From Mytilus trossulus (Eukaryota), in NCBI RefSeq assembly GCF_036588685.1, contig NC_086383.1, positions 56,296,001 to 56,360,000 on the forward strand: DNA of 64,000 nt, read 5' to 3'. Positions 13,801 to 26,900 of the stretch are shown here, one piece after another (within the stretch, counting starts at the first letter, position 1; every line of letters starts with the position of its first letter). A program made the position numbers and the translations under genes. Below the pieces are notes generated by a model that was not told the DNA's origin, made no database searches, and saw only the letters and a program-made list of their open reading frames with translations.

Positions 13801-16118
13801 CTTCCCACACCTCCACTATCATTTAAACAGAATAGTCCTAAACTAGATGGCATATTTGTTAAACAGATTGCCAAATTATTGATGGCAATACTGGCAACAA
13901 AAGCATGTGATTGATTTGCCACTTTATTTCTTGTTATTTGTTAAAATTCTGTTGAACCAGTTTCTGCTCATTTTGCAAAGATATTGGTATAGGGAATAAA
14001 TGTCAAAGTTTTATCTTGATTAATCAATAAACTCAAAAATACACTACTAAAAGAGATTTAACAAATAGTATTTATATGGAAAAAAGAAAAAGGAGGTAAT
14101 AAAGAGTTTCAATGGTACAGGATTTCCTTTGACAAAAATTATATAAAAAAACTGAGCAAAATAATCCTTATAAGAAGCATACATCTACAATACTCAAACT
14201 CAATATATATATTTATCTCCCAACACCCCTATGTCCCCCCAAGACGCTGCAACTGTACACATAAAAACATAGTGATGAATCTGAATATTATAAACAGCCA
14301 CCATGTTAGATATTCAGTGTGAAAAAATTTAATAACTATGAATTTTTCAACTTAAAAATGATAATATGACTTGTTTTGATTTTAAACCTCATTAGGCAGG
14401 ACTAGTTACCAAAAATATACAGTAAACAACCATGTACATAAATGATATCCTTCGTCCAGATATACTCTAAACAGTGGCAGTTAAAACAGGAAAATCTAGA
14501 GTTATTCATTTTTTTTATTATAAATATAATAAAATGATAACAAAAACCCAGATTTTTTTTTTCTTCTATTCAATACTTGTCATTGCATGAAACACAATTG
14601 AATTTTAGTTTGCTGATTTACATCCTTCCCCTTTTATATAATCAAAGAATTTTGAAAAAAATATATGATATAATTCTTTTTATATTAAAAATGAATATGA
14701 TCTTTTATTAACAATATGACTTTAATAGTATAATCTTCCACAAAAAGTCAAAGATTAAACACTGAAAATTTGGAACTTGTTTCTGATTTGTATTCATCTT
14801 TAAAAATTTCAAATTAATAATATATCAAATTCAGTTGTTTCATCCTAATGAAGTACATTTCATAAAATGATCTTGTAATTAAATTAACAAATTTCACATT
14901 TCGTTCATAACTTGATTAATTGCATCTATAGTTGGTTTTTTTAAATTTACATTTTAAAGTATACACCAAAATGAACACATAACATAAAACAACATCTGAT
15001 ATGCATGTATTTTGTACAGAAGTCTTGGTTTTTAAATAAATAAACATTAAATAGTTTGAAATATTATTTATATATCAAAGAAAAAATCACCATTACATAG
15101 GATAAACCTGAATTACCTATGAATTTCAATTTTTTACAATAAGCAATGTACAACATGGACAAAAAACGTCTAATTTTTAAATTTTATATTTAGGACCAGC
15201 CTATATTTCTAAATGTAATTAGGTCACAACATTAAATATAATCCCTATATCAGGGTACAATTTCAGTGAATTTCCACATTTAATTGTGAAATTATTTAAT
15301 ATCATGGGTACCAGTACACATTACTCAAAAATCATTCAATTACACAGGTACCAGTTTGCCAGTAAAAAAAACAAGTGTGTATTATGTAATCTTTTCTGTG
15401 ATTGGTTAATTACATAAAAATTAATGAAAAAACAAACCAATCAGTATCAAGTATTTTTATGGTTTATCATAATTTTTATAATTTGAGGAAAAGTAGACTT
15501 TTTTAAAACACATAACATGTATATTCTTTGCCATCCAATTTCATCTCAGTACAACTGATTCAGAAAATATTTATTAAATAATACTTTGCAATAAGCTTTA
15601 TTTTGAGCAAATTAATTTTTTTTCAGCAATAAACAAAGCTTGAGCACATTTTAGAGATTATTTGATATAAGCAATAATAAATTAAATACAGAATGATAAC
15701 AATATTATTGTTAACAAGATAAGAAATGGTTTTATCAATTAAATCACAAGTGTAGCCCTTTTTTCTATCATGCTTAAAGTAACTGTTAAAGTGAACAACG
15801 TAATTTTTTTAGTGTTGATCTTGACCTAAGGGACATAACTCATAAAATTCATGATATCAACCATCTATGTTAATCTTTAGCCTAGATACAATCCACGTAA
15901 CATATATCGATTTATTCTGTGTTACACAAATGCTTTAAAAAGCCCATTACAATCTTATTACAAATTTCAAGAGTTATCTCCGATGTAAACAACAAGAAAT
16001 TAATTGTAGGGTTCATTTAAGTTTGAAAGCAAAAATCTACAAAGATAAAATATAATAGAAGAAAACTAAGCTTAAATAATGTCAAGAGTATGATGGTCAA
16101 GCAATTAAAGCTCTTTAT

Positions 16119-16358
16119 GAGGGTCTTGATTTTGTTTACAATTTTATCTATTCTATATATTTTTTTCCATCATTCAGTAATCTCTATATTTTAGCATCTG
16201 AATATTCTATATTCTTTATCTTTTGTTCATTATTCAGTAATCTATATACATGATATAATTAATATCCTAATATATCCATGCTTTATCTTTTTAACCCTTT
16301 TCTCTTCTTTTGTTTCTTTGCCCATTAATCACTATTCTGTAACTCGATCAAGACCCTT
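16119..16358. mobile_element. Degenerate MITE with GAGGG terminus
   Basis: Ends gagggtcttgat / atcaagaccctt; flanks ctttat / atttat (5/6). Confidence 0.6.
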
Positions 16359-17721
16359 ATTTATGGTATATATATATACTACTTCCATGTTATGTCTACT
16401 TTACTAACTAAATCTTCATCATTTTATTGCACAATTACAAAATATGAATGGATTTGCAACATCTATAAAAATCACTAACTGTAATTGGCAGTTTAAAGCT
16501 TAAAAATAATAAAGCTATTATTTTGTGTTCACTATGTGAAAGAATTCAACTTCATCAGCACAATTAATTCAGTTGTATATAATTATATCTATTACTATTA
16601 TAGGTATTCACTTATGTTTTAAAGAAAAATAATAACTGGCTATTCTTTTGTCAAAATAACCATTTTTTTTAATTATGAGTACAATTTTCTAATGTCAAAA
16701 TTTTTTTTCACGCAAAAACTGTTTGGCAACACCCATCTTAATTCATAAATTTTGAATAAAAAAATTAAAATATAATTTTTTAAATGAACTTTTAGTTTGG
16801 TAGAAATTGCATGTTACGCTTAAATATTTTTGTTACAATAACTTATGTGAGTTCTCTTTTATTTTTAAATATAATTAATAATAATTGTTGCTTAATTTTT
16901 TTTACTCAGTTCCTTCCCAGTGTTTTAAGCAAACTGAACATAAGTATTAATAACATTAGCATTATTATTTGAAACAATGCTTATTTTCAACAAAAAAACA
17001 ACCAAAAAATATCATCTAATTTTTATAACAAAAACAAGCTATCAATATAATGATTTAGAAATAAGTCATATGGACAAAGATACTTTATCAACATTATAAC
17101 ATTACACTATGAATATTAATTGGTAATTCAGAACGAAGTGTATAGTTCTTAATAAATTTTATACCTCAACCAGGGGTGAATGAGTAACACAAAATAACCA
17201 TTACAATTGCTTTTCTGAAAATGCCATTTTCTAATTATGCCCTAAAATACAAAAAAAAAATGGATTTCTTTATGTTCCATCAATATAATGCTCTACTATA
17301 TATGTTCTTGCTCATGTAAAAGCTGATCTTCACATTTTTGTAAAAAAAAATCTTTTTTCAACAATTTTTCCCATTTAAATGCATTTTAAATTAGTAAGAG
17401 AATCACATGTGATTTGAAGATAGACTGTGAAACTAATTAAGTTTGAAATTGAGTTATCTTAATACATTTTAAATACCAGATTTTGTTTTTGTATAAGTAT
17501 CTAATTTTTGATAAAAGTTTCAGACTTACATAAATCTCTGAAAAATTTTTTATTTCATCAATAACCAGATCTAAAATTTAAAAAATAAGATTTTTGTCCT
17601 AAATTGAAATGTTACTTAAATAAAAAAAATTCAACACATATTTCAAACTTCAATTGACAGAGGAGAGGTATAAATTTGCGTAATATACAATTTCGGATTG
17701 TAAGATCTTTCCTTAATTACA

Positions 17722-17850
17722 TGATTTACAGGTCCAATATGGATTGAAATGTCTTTCTTCGTGTGGATTCATATATTCTGCGGATTTACAGGTTCATTGT
17801 GGATTGAAATGTCTTTCGTCGTGTGGATTGATATGTTATGTGGATTTACA
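17722..17850. repeat. ~60-bp tandem repeat (about 2.2 copies) in the RhoGAP 3'UTR
   Basis: gatttacaggt…tggattgaaatgtctttc.tcgtgtggatt.atat is repeated. Confidence 0.85.
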
Positions 17851-17961
17851 CATCCATGGAATGTTGGCTGCCTTGTCTATAGTTTTCCAGATATAAATAT
17901 AACAATAGCACTTTGTTATGCATTTGGTTTGAAATTTCTAAAGAAAATTTATTTTATGCTG

Positions 17962-20900
17962 CTACGGTTGTCCTCTGCCTTTAATAATCCATTCTGCATT
18001 AGGATTAACTTTATATAATGTCAACATATGTGTATTGTGGTCTAAACATCGTTCACCTGGAAAAAATAAGGGAGTATTAGTAATCTAATTGAAAAGTCTA
18101 GAGCATGTTGCACCTCAAAAACAATCTTGATCCTTTGATTATTTAGTTTGTTATGGAAGATCTTACAGTAACAACAAGATGAAGAGCTGCAATTCCTTTG
18201 ATACATTTTCAGATATTTCAACAAATTTGTATTTGTACATCAATCCTATATATATATATATCTATCTTACTATCCTTTAATAACTAGGGGGAAAACATAT
18301 GGTATTTTGTGAGGTTAAATTTATAGTTGTTCAGTTCAGTGTCATTTTGGTCTCTTGTGGAGAGTTCTCTCATTGGCAATCATACCACATCTTCTTTTTT
18401 TATATGTACTTTAATTCGAACATATAACTTTAAACTTCAACTGTCACCCACTTCAACCATGCAGTTATTGTCTTTATTTTACCATATATATTATTAGGAA
18501 TAGATAACTCACCTATATTGCCACCCACTTCAAACAGGTGGGTATTGTCTTGAGCAAATTGTACATTACTTGGGTCCACAACAATTTTCCCACGACCAGA
18601 TTTTTTACCAGCTGACAAGTGTTCCCTAGAAAGTTATACATTTCATGTTACTCAGTGATTAAAAATCTTACAAACAACAAGAAATGATAGCAAATCCCAT
18701 TTATGAATTTTAAACGCACTGTCTGGCTTTTTATATACCTTCCATGTTCTGTGCTTATTTCTTTATATCTCAAGGACCAAATTTAATTAGATTCAAGTTT
18801 CCTGTAATTTGAAGGTGCTTTCAGGCTTTTTTTACCTGCTTAGATCTGTGTCCATTTTCTACTCTTTCAAGGACGATAAACAGTACTTGTCAATTTTTAA
18901 CTTGACCTCCATTTTGGTTATCAGTGACAGCATATCAAAATATCAAAAGCTGTGATTGAACAGAAAATTGGTGGACTTTCGTGGATAGATGTCTCATTGG
19001 CAAACAATTAAACTACATCTCCTTATTTTAAATTGATATCCTTTTTAATCTTCTATCATATCCCCATGGATTTTTATGTGTACAGTTGTCACATTGGCAA
19101 TTATACCAGATCTTCTTATTTTTAATTGATAGCCTTCTTAGTGTTCCAACCTACCCCCCACCCCCATGATTTTTTTTCGGTGTACAGTTGTCACATTAGT
19201 AGTCATATCCTTATTCTAAATCTATACCCTTTCTATTGTGTTATCCTCTCCCAAGTAATCTTTAAGTATGTACCTGTTTAGGTTTGTAGTTTTGCGGAAT
19301 CTGTTGACGATATCTCCCGCCCTGACACCTGGATCAAGTCTAATAGCTACACAACTCTTGGTTAAATGTGGTGCCTGCACTCTTATAACTCCATCAACAA
19401 AATCACCCTGTTAACAAAGAAAGTATTCTATTAATAACAAAGTTCTTGGTTTATTTTGGTAGCAAATATCACTAATGAAATTGAAAATAAATTTCTTCTT
19501 ATAATAACATCATAGTATTATGTGTTGACTAATGTTAAAGGTCAAATATATATAGGAAGATGTGGTGTGAGTGCCAATGAGACAACTCTCCATCCAATTA
19601 ACAATTTAAAAAGTAAACCATTATAGGTTAAAGTACGGCCTTCAACACGGAGCCTTGGCTCACACCGAACAACAAGCTATAAAGGGCCCCAAAATTACTA
19701 GTGTAAAACCATTCAAACGGGAAAACCAACGGTCTAATCTATATAAACAAAAGACTGCATAAAAACATTTTTTTTTTAAATTTTGATCTTTTAAATGACA
19801 TATTACATGTCATAACTTATTCTGTTTGTAATTTATGTTCGTACAAAATTATTGTATAATATGTAGACAAAATATACACATATTTCATATGTAATTAAAT
19901 ATTGTTTTTTGTAAATTTAATAATTTCAGAGTTAATATAATCTGTGTCATTTAAAATAAGATACTTGCTCTTCCAGAGCACCTGAGATCCCCCCTTGTTT
20001 ATAGTGGGGTTAGTGCTCAGTCTTTAGTTTTCTATGTTAGTTTCTGTTTTAGCCATGTCGTTGTCAATATAAAAAAGAAGATGTGGTATTATTGCCAATG
20101 AGACAACTCTCCACAAGAGACCAAAATGGCACAGAATTTAACAACTATAGGTCACCGTACAGCCTTCAACAATGTGCAAAGCACATACCGCATAGTACGT
20201 TTAGTTTTAACTTTTAAGCCTGAAAGTCCCTTTTGAATCTTTTGGCTCTATTTAGATTTTAATGAAAATGGTTGAAAAAAAAAACATTATATTGATTTTT
20301 GACACTTTATCTACATGATCTAAGTATACTCCTTTATTCTTTTCCACTAAGGCTAAACCATGGCATAACTTAGTATGTTAAAGTATTTACTGCAGAATTA
20401 TATCTATATAAGTGAACGAAACAAATAGATTACTAACCTCATGAAGAATTGGCTTTTTGTACAATTCTGCCCTATCATGTTTTTTACCAAGAAATTTCAT
20501 CTTCTGTAGGAGAAAAAAATTAATTTAAAACTCAAATTTTTAATCATGAATCTTTTCGAGATTATTTCTGTCAGTCAAAATCATTAAGATACTTTGTGTC
20601 AAAGGAAAGTATAAATCCTGTTTCGTGCATTGAAATTCATTAAATTTTGTTGCACAAGAAATCTAATATTGAATTTAATAGATAATCAAATATTCAATAA
20701 AGTCAGACCTTCCCAAATTGGCCATGTTACCACATATTTGTGCACATAAAATTACATAATTGTCAACTAATATGTATCTTCCAGCAATATCCTACATCTG
20801 TAAAAATGCATCATCAATTTGTAATATCACTTCAGGTCACTTAAAATACATATACCCCTTAATGAAGACAATTTTAGTTAATGGGACAGATGGAGCATGC

Positions 20901-23900
20901 CTTCAGGTGCCAGATTTTCTCAATGTGTTGAAGACCCATTCATTGGTGGTGTTCAGTTGTTTTTTTGCGATTTGGTAAGGTTGTTGTCTCTTTGATTTGA
21001 CACATTTCCAATTTCCATTCTCAATTTTATAAGATCTTGACATTTTTATTTGCTATTGTATTTCCTCTAACTATGCATCTAAAAGGGAGGGGCTTAACAG
21101 TGACATATAAAAATAGATCACTCTGACCTAATTTCAATATTTCACTAATTTCAATCTTTTATCTGATACTTTGAATTTTTCTTACATGTTTTTCTCTGGC
21201 TTTTCTGTGTTGTTCTAATTCATTTTTATGTCTCATCTGCTGCAGTAAGAAAGATGGCACCTAAAATATCAAAAGAAAATGAATCTGGTGTTTTTTTATT
21301 TACCAATCTATTTCACTTTGTATACTCATACTATTTTCATAATTACTATGAAGAGGTTAATTTTTCTTGGTCTCAATAATAAATTTCTTTGCAATTTTAG
21401 CTCAAATAAATTTCAAATTGAACATTTTACCAGCTCTCAAAGGAAAACTTTTTGCAACTTAAGTGTATTTTATGGTGAATTTTTTTTTTTAACATTTTGA
21501 AAGAACTTTAAAATTCCACACTATCTTAATATGTTATTCTCTTAAAATCGTTAATCAAATTTATGAACATAAACTTAAAATAAGTTTATGTTGTTTAGTC
21601 TTTAGTTTTCTATGTGTTGTCTTCTGTACTATTTTTTGTCTGTTTGTCTTTGTCTTTTTTTAGCCTTGGCGCTGTCAGTTTATTTTCAATCTATGAGTTT
21701 GACTGTCCCTCTGATATCTTTCGTCCCTCTTTTAAAACTCTCAGCTTTGTAAGAATGAATGTAAAGCCTGAGCAATGCAAAATATTTAACTATCCTTAGT
21801 ATCAAATTTCAAAATATCAAGTTTTCAAAAATTTAATTTCAAAGTATCAATGGCCCTGCTGTCATTTAAACAAAATCTTCAATGTTTTTGGCAAAAATGC
21901 TTGTATGGTTGATCATTTTTTTAAACTTGTAATGCACTATTTGTATAAATTATTTACCATCCAAATAATTTTCTGGTACTTAATAAACATCCTGACAACA
22001 TTTGAAGTCCCTGCTGCCATATTGATTTCAAGGTCATTCACTGTTTTTGTTTTTGACCTTGAAATAGGTGACAAGAACAGATTTGGTGCTATTATCATAG
22101 CTACATTATTCAATCCCATTAAGTTTTGATCTCTGTGCGACACAATTTTGTTCAGAAATTTAAGAAGTACCTGAAAAATAAGTCATGTAAATTTGTAGAA
22201 TCTTAAATGATAAATTTGCCACAATCAATGTGACTAATCTACTGTAGCTTTATTTTAAATTAATGCAAGGTTGTTTTTTTCTCATTGTAAATGCAAGGAG
22301 ACACCATGTTTATTCTTTTTTTTTCAAAATCATGCAGGTTTTTGAACAACAAAATTTGAATGTATATCAAAGCAACTAAATAAGTACTGTTGACTTGGTT
22401 TTGTGCCTATTTCAATGAAAAAAAGGAAATTTTAATCATGAACTTCATACAGTAAATTTAGAAATTGTCTTGTCATGTTTTATTATGCAAGTTTAAGGTG
22501 GTACCCAACACTTTCCCTAAAATAAATTTGGCTCGTTTAATTTTCATAAAATTTTGACAAAGTATTAACTTTGAACCTTTAATAAAAATTTCAAAATTTC
22601 AAAAGTCTTGAACCAACCATTTTATCAGAAAAATTACACTGGTTATATAGCAGTATGACACCAATTTTAATCATTGAGAAGCTTAATATTCCCTTTACAA
22701 CACAAGGTAATTAAAACGTTTAACTGATTTTACAGAGTTATCTCCCTGTAGTGTTAGGTACCACCTTAAAGGGTCATACTTGCAATTTTCATCCATACCA
22801 CACCAAATACATACATTGCATGGTATCTAGATGTCGTTTAATTGCCATTTTATATATGTTTACTTCGAATCTCCTTATATTTATATCACAAAACATCAAT
22901 GTTAATATCATGATCAAGATCAGCATAAGTAACAGGTTTCATGAATGGAGCTTAGCAATGAAAAATTTCTGTGAACACCAGGTACCAGTATTATCAACTG
23001 CCCTAAATTTTGGAGTCTGTCAATAAAGTATTTTTATGACAATCAGGTACCAGCAAATTTATTAATTCAAGTATAGAGCTTACCCATAAAGTATTTCTGT
23101 TAACATCTGGTAACAGTATAATTAAAAGGTTTAATGCCTGAAGCTGTAGCTGCCGGTCTGGAATATCTTAAAATAGACGAAAACAAATCGAAATAAGTTA
23201 GCCGTAAACATTCACTCATTTCAGGTGTAATGTATTGTCTAATGAAAATAAATTAAACAAGAATGTGTCCCAAGTACAAGGATGCCCCATCAACATTAAC
23301 ATTTTCTATGTTCAATGAACCGTTAAAATGGGGGAAAATCTCTAATTTGGCATTAAAATTGTACTAATTTTCAAGTTGATTGGAATTCAACTCGATCAAA
23401 CACTACCTCGACCAAAAACTTTAACCTGAAGCGGGACAGATGGACGAATGGATGGACACACAGACCAGAAAACATAGTGCCCATAAATTGAGCATAAAAA
23501 TGACAAATACCCATGGATAATTGTGGCCAAATTTGGAACCAATTTGGCCCAGTAATTCAGGTAGTATCATGGAAGGAGATAATTGAAAGTTAGGACAATT
23601 TTTTTTGGAAAAGTCACTCATCTATAGCTAAGTATCTCTGTTGAAGATTATTTTTCAATGACAAATGATGATTGCTCTGGAATACTGTAAACCAACTAAT
23701 TTTCACATCCGATTTATTTTTCGCGACTTTCGCGAGTAGGAAAATGTTGCAAATATAAATAGTGGCGAACATATAAAAAATACAAGTCATGTACATTTCA
23801 GTAAAATATACAAACAATTTTAAGATATTATATGAATTTAAATTACAGAATTTTAAATTGTGATATCACTATTCTATCTCTGGCTGCATCACCCTGTTTC

Positions 23901-26900
23901 ACATTGATTTGTTAAACACTAGAGAGTGATTTCAAATTTGATCCCATTGTATAAAATGCATTACATAATTATGTTTTGAAGCTTATCTATGATTTATATT
24001 ATATATCATGCAAATAATTATTATTAAAACCACATTCTTTTTACTAATTTTATGAATATATGCATATGAAGGCTTTTTTAGATTTGGTGACTCTGTAATA
24101 GTGCAACTCCACTTACTAAAACATCATGTACATTCATAATACTGTATATATAACTAGATATATACATTTGTAACACTTATTATGATTGGCTAATGTGTTT
24201 GACCTATTGGAACTTCATTTACTCTTAAAACATAGTTTCCTTAGTTCGAAGAATATTTAAACAAAAAAAATCCGAAAATGTTTTATTCAAAATGAACTCT
24301 AAAAGAACTAACAACCTCAATCACTAAACATACAAAAGCAGCTAAATACCTGTTTTTTCCAATCTATTTTGCTATAAAGCAAAATTTGTAACCATAAAAT
24401 CAGTGACTGACAGCAGATAATTTTTTTTTTGTGTTAAGGATAGATGAAAAATGAAGAAAACTTGGGGAAAATATTAAAAATGGTTGGCATTGTCAAGCAG
24501 TTTATTGATGTCAGAGAGGGGTTTTCTTTTAAAGGTTCACCAATAGACCACAATAAGAAAAAAAAATTCAGGGAATTTTCCATTAAAAATTTTAACCAGA
24601 AAATGCTTTAAAGTGCAAAGTACAAAATTAACACTTATCAATATCAGTATTATGACTGCACATGATGTAATTTAACACTACCATACTCTAACACAAGTGT
24701 GCAACCCAAACAACCTACTATTTTCATACAAATGTTAGTACACTCTTTCTTACTAGGTTGAAAACTGCATAAAATATCTTTTCTGTAAAGGCTAAAATAG
24801 CAAAGGTTAAAAAGTGAAAAATGAAATTTTAGCATCAAGTAATGCAATATAGGAAGGAATTTTACGATGATCTAGCCAGATAAAAAATTATATGATATGA
24901 ACTTTTATTATGTCATGATGGTCAATTTAATTTTGACAGCTTCAGATATACTATTTTTTTACCTTTTTGAACCAAATCACTTCATAACCTTAAAATACAA
25001 AATGCCTCCAATCCAAAATACTTTTCTCCAGATGAACTTTAAAGATTTGACATTCAATAGTATAATTTAAATAGCATTTCAGTTCACAAACATGGATACT
25101 AGTATTCAGCTAAAGAAAAGGATTAAAGCCCCAAGAAATTAAATTGAACGTTTTGCTGGCATGTGAACTATGTATAACCAAATACCTTATCTTCCTAACA
25201 ATCTGATAAGTGAGAGTTAAACTGATAGAGGAAAGATGGGGGCTCACAAACATTCAGGAATGAAAGGGATGGCTAGAAATTTTTGCAACATACTATTTTC
25301 ATTTTACTGACTTCTGTCTCAAGTAAGTGTATATCTTTTAGACAGCGAACATACTTTGTGGTAGGACATTCTGGTGGATTGTCAAGTAAGATCAAATTAA
25401 AGAAGTAAAGTTATGTGTAAATTTGGAGGAAAATTTACTGACAAAATTATTGGAAAACATTTAATATTTTCAAATAATTCGACTGATTGTTAGCTATATT
25501 TCAATACTTTCTTCCTATACCTATTTTGTTTGCTCTTACTTGGACAAGTACCAGATTGTCCTGCTACATAGTAGGTACATAAACCTTTCCAAAAATTATG
25601 TGGAGGGGTCTCATTGGGTGGTTCTAATCCCAGATCCTGCTTACTGTTTTGTCAGATTCCCATATCTCGCTTACACTTTGTCTGTAAGCAATTCTCATTT
25701 ATTTCCCCGTGTCCCATAGACTTTATTTCCCATTTTCACGGCATAATAATTTCAATTTCACATGTCAGGCTAACAAAATTTCGGCAATTCCTAATCACCC
25801 TTAGAACCACTCTGGAGGCGAAGGAGGGTTATATGAAAATAGTCTATTATACAATACTGTACAGATTTAGTTTTAATACATTTTATCAAACCATACTTAC
25901 TTTCCACTTGAGCAAAAGCTTCAATGTACTGAGGTGTCAATAAAGGGGAAGGTAACTCTCGTAGAAACTGTTTCAGTAACGCTGCAGCATCATTAGGCAT
26001 AACATCAACCCAGGAAAATGTACCTTGATAAAACTTCTCTTCTATCTCTTGTCTAAGCAACTGTGAAATATTGAAAAAGCTACAATTCAACCTTTAATTA
26101 TGTGGGGAGAAAAATGTTAAATAAAAATATCAGAAAAAATATGCTACTATTTTCTTGTGCACAAAACATGTTTTTTGCATGAATACCTTTTGATTGCGTA
26201 TAAAAATATGATCTGACTGTTTTTTTCTAGATTGTTTTCTTGTTTTATTTTGTTTTTGATGACTGGTACCGTTTTTTATCCCATACATTATTCTATATAT
26301 ATCTTACCTTGACCCTAGAGGTTGACCCAGGAACACGAAGAATTCCTTCAATATCTAGACAATGTTTTTCTAAAAACAGTATAATCTGGAAAACAGTAGA
26401 AAGAGATTCATTAAATAAAACAATAGAATTCCATTGTATATTTTTTTATTGATCATATTACAAATCATACCATCTATTGTTCTCTAAAATGTACTTATAA
26501 AAATGTTTTACACACAAACACACACAGAAACAAAAATTACTCTATTTTGTTCAATAAAAATGATAGAATAATTTTACCAGTAAAGATGCAATATCTAATA
26601 TCAAAACATATAGAAATAAGAAGTTGTTGTATAATTGTCAAATTCAATGCATATATTTACATGACAAGAACATATAAATGTGATATGAGCTCTCTGGATT
26701 GCAAAAGATCGACAAGCTGAGCTCGACTTTTATTGTGCTAGCTCAGTGTTACAGTAATACCCTTCCATGACATTTTATCTTGAATCTGGTCCAACCAGTC
26801 TTTACTTCTTATATATATAAATGCTTCATGCTAAGTGCTGAATCAGCAAATATCGATTTTCATTTCTTTGGTTTAACCTGACCTAGAATTGAATCCACAA

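Noticed and set aside
24650-24847. Candidate RhoGAP exon
   Set aside because: The required frame hits a stop, and the expected sequence (IPDRQLQLQALNLL) is at 23166-23084.
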